From: an uncultured Acidobacteriota bacterium
GTDB taxonomy: Bacteria > Acidobacteriota > Blastocatellia > RBC074
DNA: 64,000 bases
NCBI GenBank assembly: GCA_963796275.1
Contig: CAWCKY010000006.1
Coordinates: 2,368,001 to 2,432,000 of the forward strand
Reading direction: 5' to 3'
Below the pieces are notes generated by a model. The model did not search any database, had not been told where the DNA came from, and worked only from the letters and a program-made list of their open reading frames with translations. Positions 10,921 to 21,060 of this stretch are shown one piece after another (the first letter of the stretch is position 1; each line of letters opens with the position of its first letter). The translations under genes were made by a program, and so were the position numbers.

Positions 10921-13900
10921 TCACTTCAATCTCACGTACTCTTTCTTCGCTTCAATCAAAACCGGCAGATCAGCGTCCGCCATTTTCCATAAGCGGAAGA
11001 AATCTTCATAAGCCTGGCGGCTTTTCGCCGCATCGCCATCCAATGCCGCCGCCCGCGCGAACCCGAGATGCGCGAGCGGCCAGAGCGGCGAGATCGCGTC
11101 CCATCCGCGATGCTCGATGATCTTTTGAAACTCTGCCGCCGCAAGCGCCCCATTCTTCGCCTGTAGTAGTGCCTGTCCGCGTATCCATACCGGCTTGAAG
11201 AAGATGGCGGCTTCGTATTGTCGCGCCGGCTGCAGCAGTTGAATAGCTTTGTCCGGCCCTGCCGCTGATCCACGCGTTAATTCCATGGTGGCGTGGATCA
11301 GCGGCAGCCAAACCGAGTTGTACATTGTATCCAGGGGGTGCTTGCGTGCGAGATTGTCGGAGAGCGATTGCGCAAGCGCCGCCTCGCCGCATAAGGCCAG
11401 CGTCCAGGCCAGCGGTTGTGAATCCAATTGCTGGATCAGAGAAGGCTCCAATTCTTCGTCCGCGATACTCTTCTTTTCAAGCAGGGAAAGGACGCGTGCC
11501 GTTTGTTTCTTAGCCAATTGCGTGAGTCCCAAGATCGCGCTCAGATTGGCTTCATTGGCCAGGATTCTGGCCTTCTCCGAAAGCAGGCCTCGCGCCTCGG
11601 CCAAAGCGGCTGCCTCCATGAAACTCTCGCCGGCCTCGCGCCGTCGCCCGGCAAAGGCAAACGACCGAGCTTCAATTTCACGGATCTGATATTCATCCGG
11701 CCTCCCATCAAACCACTCGATCTGGCGACGCATGGCCTGGCCATCATCCTTAAGGAACGCAATCAGGTAGAGCCGGTTGTGGAAGCCGCTGGAGTCCAGG
11801 TGGCGCGCCGCCCCCTGATGGATGACTTCTTGCGCCTCGTCAAAACGATTCAACCCGATCAAAGCGAGTGCGAGGTTTGCGCGCGAAAGCGAGAAATCGG
11901 GGTCCAGTCGCAATACCGTGCGGTAAGCCTCCTCCGCCTGCGCGTACTCCCCGGCGATCATCAGAGAGTTCCCGTGGAGATGGAATCCGTGTGATTCCTG
12001 GGGGTAGGTCTGTGTCAATAACGCAGTCGTTCCAATACGTTTATCGAGTTCACCGGTGATATACCTGAAAAAGGTCGCGGAGATTTCGAGCCGCTCTCGC
12101 TCGCTCGCCCGCTCGCGCAGTTGATAGGCTCGCTCGAGATACTCGTTGCCGAGAGCCAGTTTGCGCAGGTCGCGATATGAGGCCCCGAGTTGGACAAAAG
12201 CCAGAGCGAATTCACCGTCCCGTTCAATGGCCCGTTTGAAGGCTAAGATTGATTGGGCGTATTGCCCCTTACGTCTAAAATCAGCTCCGATGGTAAAATC
12301 CTTGAAAGCCTCGAGCGAGGGTGTCGTCGCCTGTTCAATTGGCGCATCGTACTTGCGGATCGAGGCGAGGGATTCGCCCAGTTGCTTGCGCATAGCGGTC
12401 GAGGCCTGGCCGAGCGCCCAAAGGACCTGCTCTTTACCTTCGGCCTCGATCTGCTGGTGCCCGATCGCCTCTCCGGTCTGGCTGTTGATCGCTTCCAGCG
12501 TGATCACGTAATTGCGTCCGAGGCTGGCGATCGTCCCGACGAGCAGCGCCTTGATTCCGCGCCGCTGGCAAATCTCGCGACCGACCTCGCGCAGTATCTT
12601 TTCATCGGGTGGCCGTTCCATCAGCCTGAGCGTCTCCCTGGCACGCTCCTCGGACAGGATATTGAAATAGGGCGACTGTTCAAACTGCACCATCAAGCCT
12701 TGTTTTAGCGTATCGTCGAAGACCGCATCGCCCGTAGTGTTGACGAAGTCCGTGAGCAGAATCATGTCTTTGTCGGTCAGCGCCGGCCGGTTTGGGATCA
12801 ATCCGCCGCCGAGGTAAAGATAAGCCGCGGCAACTGTGGCGAGAATCATGATCGCGATGGCGACGATGAGCAGGGTTCGTGTTCGCGCGGTCATCGACAA
12901 GACCGCGTCGCTCATTTTGTCGCGCGCGCCTTTGATACTTGTCTCAGCAATGCGTATCGCCATCCTGTAATTACTACCATCGGTTGCTGTCACAATCTGC
13001 GCGTTCTCGGATTCGATCCCTTGGATTCGAACATCCATAGCCAGACTAACTTGCACCGTTTTGAGATCGTCGAGTAACGCGTGCGCAGTTTGATAACGTT
13101 CTTCCCGTTTCTTGGCTAAGGCACGGTCGATGATATTCTGCAAGGCGGCCGGTGCGCCTGGCGTAACACCGGCGATTGGCGGCGTAGGCGCATCCGTAAT
13201 CGCCACCATCGTGTGATGCCAGGTCTCGCCGCCGAAGGGCCGGTTCCAGGTGATCAACTCATAAAGGATAACCCCCAGGCTGAACAGATCGCTCCGCCAA
13301 TCTACCTTCTCTCCCCGCACCTGTTCCGGCGACATGTAGTTGACAGTTCCCATCACTACACCGGCCCGCGTCTCGAAATCCAAACTCGTTTGAGTATCGG
13401 TGTTGATTTTGTTCTCGCCAGACTCCGGCTCGGATAGTTTGGCCAGCCCGAAATCGAGCACCTTCACGTACCCGTCGGGCCGCAGCATGATGTTTTCCGG
13501 CTTGATATCGCGGTGGACAATGCCCGCTGCGTGAGCGGCTGCGAGCGCGCTCGCCACCTGTATAACCAGATCCAGTATTTGGTTGAGTGAATGACCCGGG
13601 TTATTGATACAATTTCGCAGGGTGTGCCCCTCGACAAATTCCGAGGCGATGTAGTCGCGGCCGTTCTCCCGGCCGAAGTCGTAAATGGTGATGATATTCG
13701 GATGATTGAGTGCGCTGGCGGCGTGAGCTTCGCGGTAAAAACGACGCACACGCTCCGGATTATCGACGAGCGGCGACGGCAGGAGTTTGAGTGCCGCTCG
13801 CCGCCTGAGCCGCGTGTCGTAGGCGAGATAAACCGTTCCCATCCCGCCTCGCCCCAGCTCTTTGATCAGCCGGTAGACGCCGATCACCTCGTCGCTGAAA

Positions 13901-14145
13901 CTCTGCGAATCATCGGGGCGGGAATTCGAGGATATGAGGGCGTCGGCGAGGTGGTACGCCGGGCGATCGATCAGCAGATCGTCGCGCGCATCAGCCGCGA
14001 GCATGGCTTCCACACGACGCCGAATCTCCTCATCGCCTGCGGAGGCGTGCGCGAGCAATGTAGCGCGTTCCTCAACCGGGCATTCCACGGCAGCCTCAAA
14101 GAGCTCGTGAATCTTTTGCCAGCGTTCCGGACTCATGTTTCGCAA
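10921..14145 (-). CDS. Hanks-type Ser/Thr protein kinase with TM helix and TPR region
   Basis: LGRGGMGTVY, AALK, HRDIKPEN, DFGLAK, YMSPEQ; TM near aa 425-445; TPR-like C-terminus. Confidence 0.95.
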   Translation of the reverse strand: MRNMSPERWQKIHELFEAAVECPVEERATLLAHASAGDEEIRRRVEAMLAADARDDLLIDRPAYHLADALISSNSRPDDSQSFSDEVIGVYRLIKELGRGGMGTVYLAYDTRLRRRAALKLLPSPLVDNPERVRRFYREAHAASALNHPNIITIYDFGRENGRDYIASEFVEGHTLRNCINNPGHSLNQILDLVIQVASALAAAHAAGIVHRDIKPENIMLRPDGYVKVLDFGLAKLSEPESGENKINTDTQTSLDFETRAGVVMGTVNYMSPEQVRGEKVDWRSDLFSLGVILYELITWNRPFGGETWHHTMVAITDAPTPPIAGVTPGAPAALQNIIDRALAKKREERYQTAHALLDDLKTVQVSLAMDVRIQGIESENAQIVTATDGSNYRMAIRIAETSIKGARDKMSDAVLSMTARTRTLLIVAIAIMILATVAAAYLYLGGGLIPNRPALTDKDMILLTDFVNTTGDAVFDDTLKQGLMVQFEQSPYFNILSEERARETLRLMERPPDEKILREVGREICQRRGIKALLVGTIASLGRNYVITLEAINSQTGEAIGHQQIEAEGKEQVLWALGQASTAMRKQLGESLASIRKYDAPIEQATTPSLEAFKDFTIGADFRRKGQYAQSILAFKRAIERDGEFALAFVQLGASYRDLRKLALGNEYLERAYQLRERASERERLEISATFFRYITGELDKRIGTTALLTQTYPQESHGFHLHGNSLMIAGEYAQAEEAYRTVLRLDPDFSLSRANLALALIGLNRFDEAQEVIHQGAARHLDSSGFHNRLYLIAFLKDDGQAMRRQIEWFDGRPDEYQIREIEARSFAFAGRRREAGESFMEAAALAEARGLLSEKARILANEANLSAILGLTQLAKKQTARVLSLLEKKSIADEELEPSLIQQLDSQPLAWTLALCGEAALAQSLSDNLARKHPLDTMYNSVWLPLIHATMELTRGSAAGPDKAIQLLQPARQYEAAIFFKPVWIRGQALLQAKNGALAAAEFQKIIEHRGWDAISPLWPLAHLGFARAAALDGDAAKSRQAYEDFFRLWKMADADLPVLIEAKKEYVRLK

Positions 14146-14710
14146 TCGAATGGTTCAACTCTGTTTGCAACCATGCGCGGGCAGCGCGCCATCCACGTTC
14201 GACCGTGGGAGTCGAGATGCCCATGACATGAGCTGTCTCTTCAATCGTCAATCCGCCGAAAAAGCGAAGCTCGACGATTCGGCTTTTTTGCGGATCGACC
14301 TCAGCCAGGGTTTCAAGCGCCCCATTGAGCACAAGCATATCCACAACCTCTTCCTGCACGATGTTCGCTGCAGCCGTGAGAGAGATATGCTGCAGGTCAC
14401 CGCCGCGTTTGAGCCTTTGCCGCGCACGCGCGTGATCCACCAGGAGCTGGCGCATTAACCTCGCCGCGATGCCGAAGAAGTGCGCGCGACTCTCCCACGG
14501 GACCGATTGCTCGACCAGCCTTAGGTAGGCTTCATTGATCAGTTCGGCGCTTTCGAGCGTGTAGCCGGCGCGTTCACCGCGCAGTTGACGACGCGCGATC
14601 CGGCGCAAGGTGTCATAAACGAGTGGGATCAATTCGTCGCGTGCCGCATCATCGCCCCGGCCCCATGCGAGCAGCAAGTGAGTCATGTTTTCAGATACGG
14701 GGGTATTCAT
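14096..14710 (-). CDS. ECF sigma factor of the kinase-associated type (TIGR02999-like)
   Basis: PLVYDTLRRIA, LINEAYLRL, RAHFFGIAARLMRQLLVDHAR, VELRFFGGLT; overlaps the kinase start. Confidence 0.92.
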   Translation of the reverse strand: MNTPVSENMTHLLLAWGRGDDAARDELIPLVYDTLRRIARRQLRGERAGYTLESAELINEAYLRLVEQSVPWESRAHFFGIAARLMRQLLVDHARARQRLKRGGDLQHISLTAAANIVQEEVVDMLVLNGALETLAEVDPQKSRIVELRFFGGLTIEETAHVMGISTPTVERGWRAARAWLQTELNHSIAKHESGTLAKDSRAL

Positions 14711-15061
14711 CGTAACCAGCCAAGACACGCTGAGCTTTTTCTGCCGGTCATTAAATCATGGAGAATGAGTGATCATTAACCAGTGCCGCGCACCGGCAGA
14801 TTATGCTCCATAGTTTAGAAATAAGACAGGCATCAATTCAATTCTCTAATCTTAGTCTGAGAATTCAAAAAGATTTCGCTTGATGATGGAGTTTTAGGGC
14901 GAATGACGCATATTAAACTGAGAGCCTAATATAATTTCGCCGACACGATGGCCGTTTACTCGGCAGACGCCGCCATCCGCTCGCGGTAGTATTCGATATT
15001 GCATTCGCAGAAGAGATCTACGCCGGCGCCGAAATGTCTCCCGTTTCGCAAAGGAGTGGTC

Positions 15062-16424
15062 ATGAGAAAATCCCCCGCGTCCTTCGATCCCGCCACAGCC
15101 GGGATCGGTCATGAGCTTTACCGGATTCTGATGGAGAGTATAAATGAAGCCGTCTTTGTCATTGATCCTCACGACTTCAATCTTCTGGATGTGAATCAAA
15201 AGGCTGTCACGCTCTTGGGGTACTCGGTCGACGAGATGCTGGCCCTCGACATGGGCCGCCTTCTTCCCGAGCACGGTCTCCGACTGCGGGCCGCCGCCCA
15301 CAACGCCGAGCCGTTGATGATCGAGGAGGGACTGAGGGCGAAATGCGGAAGGGCCATCCCCTGCGCCCTGACCATTCGGGCCATCAACCATTCCGCTCGT
15401 CCCATGGCCCTCTTGATCGCCCGCGAATCGAAGGTGGAAGTTTGCCTCTCATCTATAAATCTTGCGGCGGGGCGCGAAGACCTCGTCGAAACGACGTTCG
15501 CTTTCCCAAGCATTATCGGGCAGAGCTCCCAGATTCGCCATGTTTGCCGTTTAATCGGGCTGGTGGCCCAAAGCGATGCCACGGTCCTCATCCAGGGCGA
15601 AAGCGGAACTGGGAAAGAGTTGGTCGCTCAGGCCATCCATTTTCATAGCCGTCGTGCGGAACGGCCCCTGATCAAGGTCAATTGCGCGGCGCTCACTGAA
15701 ACCCTGCTCGAAAGCGAATTGTTCGGTCACCGGAGAGGAGCTTTCACCGGAGCCATTCAAGATCGGAAGGGCCGGTTCAAGCTGGCTGACGGCGGGACCA
15801 TTATTCTGGACGAAATCGACAGTCTTTCACTTTCGGGCCAGGCCAAATTGCTGCGCGTTTTACAGGAGAGAGAGTTCGAGCCGGTCGGGGATGCCGCCAC
15901 GATCAAGGTCGACGTTCGCGTCGTCGCTGTGACCAATGCGGGATCTGACCGGGGCCATCGTCGCCGGCCGATTCAGAGAAGATTTGTATTACCGGCTCAA
16001 TGCTTTTCCGATCCGGCTCCCGCCGCTGAGAGAACGAAGAGATGATATTTCATCGCTGGTCAGCCATTTTTTGCGGAAATATTCAACCTCGCTCAGGAAA
16101 CAGATCGCCGACCTCGAGCTAGAGGCTCTGGCCATGCTCATGGACTATCCCTGGCCGGGCAATGTGAGGGAGCTTGAAAACACGATCGAATATGCCGTCA
16201 TCCTGGAGAGAGGGCGGAGCTTGAGCGCCGCCAGTCTGCCGGACAAACTTAAGCATGAGGAGAGACCGAACCACTCGCTGAAAGACCGCCTCGAAACCGC
16301 AGAGAAGCAGATAATCCTGGAGGCGTTGAGCATTACCAACGGAGTCAAGCAACGCGCGGCTGCGCTGCTCGGGATCGACCGCCGCAACTTCGGATATTTT
16401 CTCAATAAACATGGCATCAGGTAA
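15062..16424 (+). pseudogene. PAS-domain sigma54-dependent transcriptional activator (bEBP), split by a 1-nt insertion
   Basis: ORF1 has PAS, GESGTGKE, ESELFGH..GAFTGA and ILDEID. ORF2 continues DLTGAIVAGRFREDLYYRLN, WPGNVRELEN and a Fis-type HTH. One extra G at ~15938-15942 breaks the frame; it could be a sequencing error. Confidence 0.88.
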
Positions 16425-16452
16425 GCCCACCTTGTCCATTGGGTTGGGAGCA

Positions 16453-16851
16453 TTACTGATTGTGAAGTGGGGATTCCAGCAAATAGAGCAAATTTCGGGC
16501 GAAATCGGTCTTGATCAGGAATTGAACTCCGACGAGCGGCGGGGCGATCCGATCCCACGCGGGTTGATCTTCAGGCTCAATCATCAGAACGATCCTGGTG
16601 TTGTTAGATAACCTGGCGAGATCGGTAGCGAATTGCAGACCGGCGGCCAGCGGGGCGCCGGCGTCCACCACGATCGCGCCATACGAGGATCGGGCGATTC
16701 TCTCAATATCTGCCTGGGCAAAACCGCCCCTCTCCTCAATCTGTTGATAGCCGGCGGAGAGGAGAAGGTTGACGATCGCTTCGCGAATTTGCTCGTCCGG
16801 TTCGATAATCAAAATGGATTGGTGAAAGGTTGTTTTCTCATAGCTCACCAC
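16453..16851 (-). CDS. single-domain response regulator receiver-like protein
   Basis: ILIIEPDEQIREAIVNLL, IVVD, FLIK pattern. Confidence 0.7.
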   Translation of the reverse strand: MVSYEKTTFHQSILIIEPDEQIREAIVNLLLSAGYQQIEERGGFAQADIERIARSSYGAIVVDAGAPLAAGLQFATDLARLSNNTRIVLMIEPEDQPAWDRIAPPLVGVQFLIKTDFARNLLYLLESPLHNQ

Positions 16852-16940
16852 ACACCTCTCTGCTTAATGACCAGCTTTTTACCCGCCTACTTTACGTTCG
16901 GAGAGATATTATGCGGCGCCGAATTCATGTGCTTTCATAT

Positions 16941-18494
16941 CTATCGCAGCGCTTCGGTCAGGAGTAGTTGATCGACCTGCAGTGTGATATGTAACCCGCT
17001 GTGCCGATGCAAAATTCCAACGAAACCGGTATCAGGTTCGACGCGAGTTGTGTCGCCGTTGATGCGCGCCACCACCTCATCCCCAAATCGCAAGACGGCA
17101 GTCGTTTGCCGGGTTCCTATTCTGATCAGATCGAGCTTCCACGTGACTGTTTTACCCAGTTCAATTTTTCCCTCGCCCACGTCGATTCTTTCCCTGAACA
17201 AGCCGTTCGCGCTTCGGATCCGAACTCCTGCCGCAAATTTCCCGCCTCCGATCTTACGCAGGCAGGCGGCGGCTATCAGATTGTTGCCCGCCAGGAAGGC
17301 GAGAGGATGAATTACCTGGTCTCTCCCCATCCCCAGTTCCGTGGGATTAATATCCGCCTCCAGACGCCAGGACATGCGGCGGGCAGGCAAGGCGAAGCTC
17401 AACCCCGCACGGATCAATCTCCCTGGCAAACTACCGAGGTCCTGACAGAGCATATCCACTGAACCGCTTAGAGGGTTGGTGTTATTTGCCTCGCAAACAT
17501 TGCCGGATAGGAGGATCAATTCCCAATCCTGCGGCGGAAATATCCGGTCTTCGAAATCTATATTGCTGTCGACGGGTTCTTCGCCGGCTTTGCGTTCGGG
17601 CAGAGGGAACTCAGCGCGCTCCAGTTTCCCGTTCTTAACATCCAGGATATTGAGTTTTACGAATTTTTCATCTTGTGGAATGTCCTTGACGAGCACTCCA
17701 TAGTGCAGTTCGAGCAATCCTTCTCCCTTCATATTGGATTTCTGGTACCCTTCTATGGCGATTCCGTCCTTGAAGGCTTTATCGTCTCCCTTATCGCTAT
17801 CGATGGTCGCCCGGTCATCGAAGTTGACGTGAATGCTACGGGGCGCGCCGCCGTCGCCTCTCAATTCCACTTCAACAGCCTGCAAATCGCCCTCCCGCCG
17901 GTCCAGGGCTTCAAAGAAGAGCCTGATCGCCCTTTTTTCAATACCGTTGTCGGAGTAGAAATTCGTACGGTCAAGACGGGGCGTTTTAAAGTTGGCTTTG
18001 TTGATGTACGGCAGGTAATGCAGAGGGTGAACGCTGCTATCCTGGTTGGCCTCCCCTTTCCTGAACTCCATGTGTAGATGGGGATATTCCGCATCTTCCT
18101 GACCCACCGCGCCGATCAGGTCGCCCTGGTTCACCTCTTTGCCGACGATTATTCCCTCCACGATGCTGTCGAGATGAAGATAGACGAGAAATAAGTCATT
18201 CTCCCCATCCGTCGGATCGACAGCTTGAATGATTATATGAGTGGAGCCGAATCCCCCATCCGCCGGGCCGGCGCGATGCACCACGCCACTCGCCATGGCA
18301 TAAATCGGCGTGCCAACAGCGGCAGGCAGATCTATGCCGTCGTGAAAGTCCCAGCGATCGGCGTCTATCCGCGGACCGAAGGAGGTGTTCATCTCGTCTG
18401 CCGCGAAGCTTTTGCTGAGGGGCCAGATGAAATGAGAGTGGCCTTGAGCACAGCCAGATACGTGATGACCATAGTCTCTTGTTTCGTTATCCAT
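16941..18494 (-). CDS. M23 family metallopeptidase with long C-terminal beta-rich domains
   Basis: HDGIDL, GTPIYAMASGVV, YLHL, PHLHME; AGGAGG RBS; no signal peptide. Confidence 0.88.
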   Translation of the reverse strand: MDNETRDYGHHVSGCAQGHSHFIWPLSKSFAADEMNTSFGPRIDADRWDFHDGIDLPAAVGTPIYAMASGVVHRAGPADGGFGSTHIIIQAVDPTDGENDLFLVYLHLDSIVEGIIVGKEVNQGDLIGAVGQEDAEYPHLHMEFRKGEANQDSSVHPLHYLPYINKANFKTPRLDRTNFYSDNGIEKRAIRLFFEALDRREGDLQAVEVELRGDGGAPRSIHVNFDDRATIDSDKGDDKAFKDGIAIEGYQKSNMKGEGLLELHYGVLVKDIPQDEKFVKLNILDVKNGKLERAEFPLPERKAGEEPVDSNIDFEDRIFPPQDWELILLSGNVCEANNTNPLSGSVDMLCQDLGSLPGRLIRAGLSFALPARRMSWRLEADINPTELGMGRDQVIHPLAFLAGNNLIAAACLRKIGGGKFAAGVRIRSANGLFRERIDVGEGKIELGKTVTWKLDLIRIGTRQTTAVLRFGDEVVARINGDTTRVEPDTGFVGILHRHSGLHITLQVDQLLLTEALR

Positions 18495-18585
18495 CTTTCA
18501 CTTCCTCCTTTGCGGTTAATAAATGCTGTCCAAATCCCGATTGTTTCGATTTAGGCTGGCGAAATACCTGTCACGTTTCTCGTCT

Positions 18586-18885
18586 CTAGCACCAGAGATC
18601 CTGGATAAACTGGCTCTTCCCGCCATTCATGTCCCTGGGGCCGAATGGAATGAGACCTTCACCCGTCATTTTATCGGCAGCCTTGCCTTGATTGGCGTTT
18701 GCCACGGCATCCCACTTGGCTATGAAGTCCGAAACATCCCAAGTTGCTACGCTTGTCTCGGCGACGCCGAGATCATGGGACCACAGACGGCGCCGGAACT
18801 TTGTCACTGCTTCCGCGTCGTCGAGCATCACATGTTCAAATACTTCAGGCTGTACACCCCCAAATGTTCGGTCATAGATATACAT
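18586..18885 (-). CDS. 99-aa hypothetical protein (possibly truncated) with MYIYD leader
   Basis: ATG at 18885 gives MYIYDRTFGG, closely matching the N-terminus of 19974-21038. Confidence 0.55.
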   Translation of the reverse strand: MYIYDRTFGGVQPEVFEHVMLDDAEAVTKFRRRLWSHDLGVAETSVATWDVSDFIAKWDAVANANQGKAADKMTGEGLIPFGPRDMNGGKSQFIQDLWC

Positions 18886-18960
18886 AAGGTTTATCTTCGT
18901 TAGGCAGCCGACTGAGTACTTGGTCAGGCACCTTATCTGAACCGTGCGCAATAAAAGTTC

Positions 18961-19689
18961 TTATCTGAAAACCCATCGGAATTCTCGTATTTTGGGCTTC
19001 GGCTTATTCACAGTTGGATCTTCCTTCAGAAGTCTTAACCGCTGGAGGTCACTCAAGAACAGGCGTTTGTCGCTGTTTTCGAAATCGATATCGACGTGCA
19101 GCGGAAAAGGGTTTTTCATCAATCCTTGCGCACTGTGCTGTAAACGGTTGCCCAGATGGCCGATTTCGTGAGCTATCGTATTGACAAATGCACGCCACAG
19201 GTCGCCAGTGGCGCCGCCGGAAACCTGGTGCGTTTTGATGAATCCGACCTTTCTATATCCATCACCTGATGGAATTCCGCAGCCTAGGGTACCCATTTCA
19301 TCCCAACACGTTTTGGCAAGGTCGTAGAAATCCTGCCCCCGTATGGTTTTCGGAATCTTGTGTTGTGTCATTAGTTTCAGGATGGTCCCGGGGAGATGCT
19401 GCCTACCGAGTAAGTACACGGGAAAATCGAGTTTTCCAAACCCGCCCTTCTCGTCGTCGGAAGGTTCATTTGACCGGTATTGCGCCTGGAACCTGATATT
19501 CGCCTGCTTCAACCAGTTCGGATCCAGGTTATTGAACTTATCCTCCAATTTTGACCGGATCTCCTCGCGAAGCTTATGATCATTTTTAAAGATACCAGCC
19601 GGGTCGATAAGAATGATACGAACAAAATCCGGTTGTCTCGCTTGGGGCGGTTGCCCTAGCCGTTCATAAGCCCGAACATACATAGTCAT
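18961..19689 (-). CDS. zinc metalloprotease (metzincin/matrixin-like)
   Basis: AHEIGHLGNRLQH followed by a GLM Met-turn-like motif; GGAAGGA RBS. Confidence 0.75.
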   Translation of the reverse strand: MTMYVRAYERLGQPPQARQPDFVRIILIDPAGIFKNDHKLREEIRSKLEDKFNNLDPNWLKQANIRFQAQYRSNEPSDDEKGGFGKLDFPVYLLGRQHLPGTILKLMTQHKIPKTIRGQDFYDLAKTCWDEMGTLGCGIPSGDGYRKVGFIKTHQVSGGATGDLWRAFVNTIAHEIGHLGNRLQHSAQGLMKNPFPLHVDIDFENSDKRLFLSDLQRLRLLKEDPTVNKPKPKIREFRWVFR

Positions 19690-19716
19690 TGTCCTTCCCT
19701 CTCATAACTTGCCAGA

Positions 19717-19902
19717 TCACCTCGCCACGCAAATTGAGTCTGACTCGCATTTAACATGGAAGTCATAGCGCGCAGCGTCGATCCGCGGACCGAAAGAGGT
19801 ATTCATCCCATCTGCTACGAAGCTCTTGCGGAGGGGGCCAGGTGAAATGTGAGTTGCTTTGACCGCAACCAGATACTTGCTGACGATAGTCTCTTGTTTC
19901 AT
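19717..19902 (-). pseudogene. truncated, frameshifted copy of the 5' end of the M23 gene
   Basis: PLRKSFVADGMNTSFGPRIDAARYDFH vs PLSKSFAADEMNTSFGPRIDADRWDFH; DNA similarity of ~19755-19915 to ~18342-18508. Confidence 0.85.
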
Positions 19903-19973
19903 TACTCAATCTCCTCTGACGAAGGCTGCATTCCAGGCTGGCGCGAGAACTAATGATCGGATGTTCAAACTGA

Positions 19974-21038
19974 TCAAGGCCACTTCTTCACTACCTCGTC
20001 GATCACTCGATAGACGTTGATGACATCGCCAATCACGTCGGGGTTGGCGTCCGGATAGTTTTGCCATACTGCGACGAAAGGAACGCCATTGCGGTCAAGG
20101 AAGGCGCCTTCAGATTTCACGGAACTCACCTTGGCATCTACGCTGGGATGGTGACCCACCTTGGCACCCTTGCTGGTGAAGGAGAGCGTATTCGCATTCG
20201 TCGCCAGCGAGAGCCAGGAGCCGCCTCTGGACATGATTTCCATCATCTCCCGGCTGCTCGCCTGATCGACGAGCGTCCCGCGATGCATCGCCGCGAATAG
20301 TCTGGCCATGGCAAGTGCAGTCATGGCCGCCGATGACTTACCATTAGTGTCGACGGGAACATGGAACTGCTTCCAACCGCCACCGAGGTCGTTGGCGTAC
20401 CAGATGCCTCTCTTTGATTTCGGATCGAAGAATCTACCAGCGGTAAGGGCACCGTTCACGTAACTGTAACCAAGACGGCGCATACAGTTGCGCGCCGCCC
20501 AATCCTGCAGCTGATCTGCAAAGATGGCATCGAGATCTGCGCGATGCTGTTGCTTGAAGTCGAATTTGAGCACTCCGGAATCGCTCGTTGCGGCAATCCT
20601 CAATGTCTCGTCGATATTCATCTTCTTCCAGGGGCCGTCAGGAATCGACGGGACGGCCGCTGCGACCGCGGCAAAGAAGGGCTTCCAGTCCCAAGCTACG
20701 GTCGGAGCCAGGTTGTTGAGCCGTGCACGCAGTTCGAAACTCGCATACAACAGCGCCACCTTAAGAAGGCTGGCGGAGAAGAGCATGTGATTCTCTTTTT
20801 CGCCGGCATACCTCAAGGGATTTCCGCCGGTCCCTAGCTTTGCGATAGCGAACGCGACCTTTTCCAATCGTTGTTGATCTTTCAGACTCAATGTTCTCTT
20901 CACGGCGCGGATGGCTTCGGTCAGGTCCTTCGTGCGGGTTGGGTCGGAGACCATCTGTGGGCCATACGCCCGGTTGGCGAACGGTTCGACGGCCGACAAG
21001 CTTCCCAACCCTTGAAATTTACTATCGTAGATGAACAT
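19974..21038 (-). CDS. serine beta-lactamase/PBP-fold hydrolase
   Basis: SASLLK (SxxK), TALAMARLF, AKVG (KTG-like); no clear SxN motif; no signal peptide. Confidence 0.72.
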   Translation of the reverse strand: MFIYDSKFQGLGSLSAVEPFANRAYGPQMVSDPTRTKDLTEAIRAVKRTLSLKDQQRLEKVAFAIAKLGTGGNPLRYAGEKENHMLFSASLLKVALLYASFELRARLNNLAPTVAWDWKPFFAAVAAAVPSIPDGPWKKMNIDETLRIAATSDSGVLKFDFKQQHRADLDAIFADQLQDWAARNCMRRLGYSYVNGALTAGRFFDPKSKRGIWYANDLGGGWKQFHVPVDTNGKSSAAMTALAMARLFAAMHRGTLVDQASSREMMEIMSRGGSWLSLATNANTLSFTSKGAKVGHHPSVDAKVSSVKSEGAFLDRNGVPFVAVWQNYPDANPDVIGDVINVYRVIDEVVKKWP

Positions 21039-21060
21039 ACGATTAACCTTCGATGATTGG

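Noticed and set aside
19974-21038. Calling this an antibiotic-resistance beta-lactamase
   Set aside because: No signal peptide and no SDN or recognisable omega-loop motif; only fold-level similarity.
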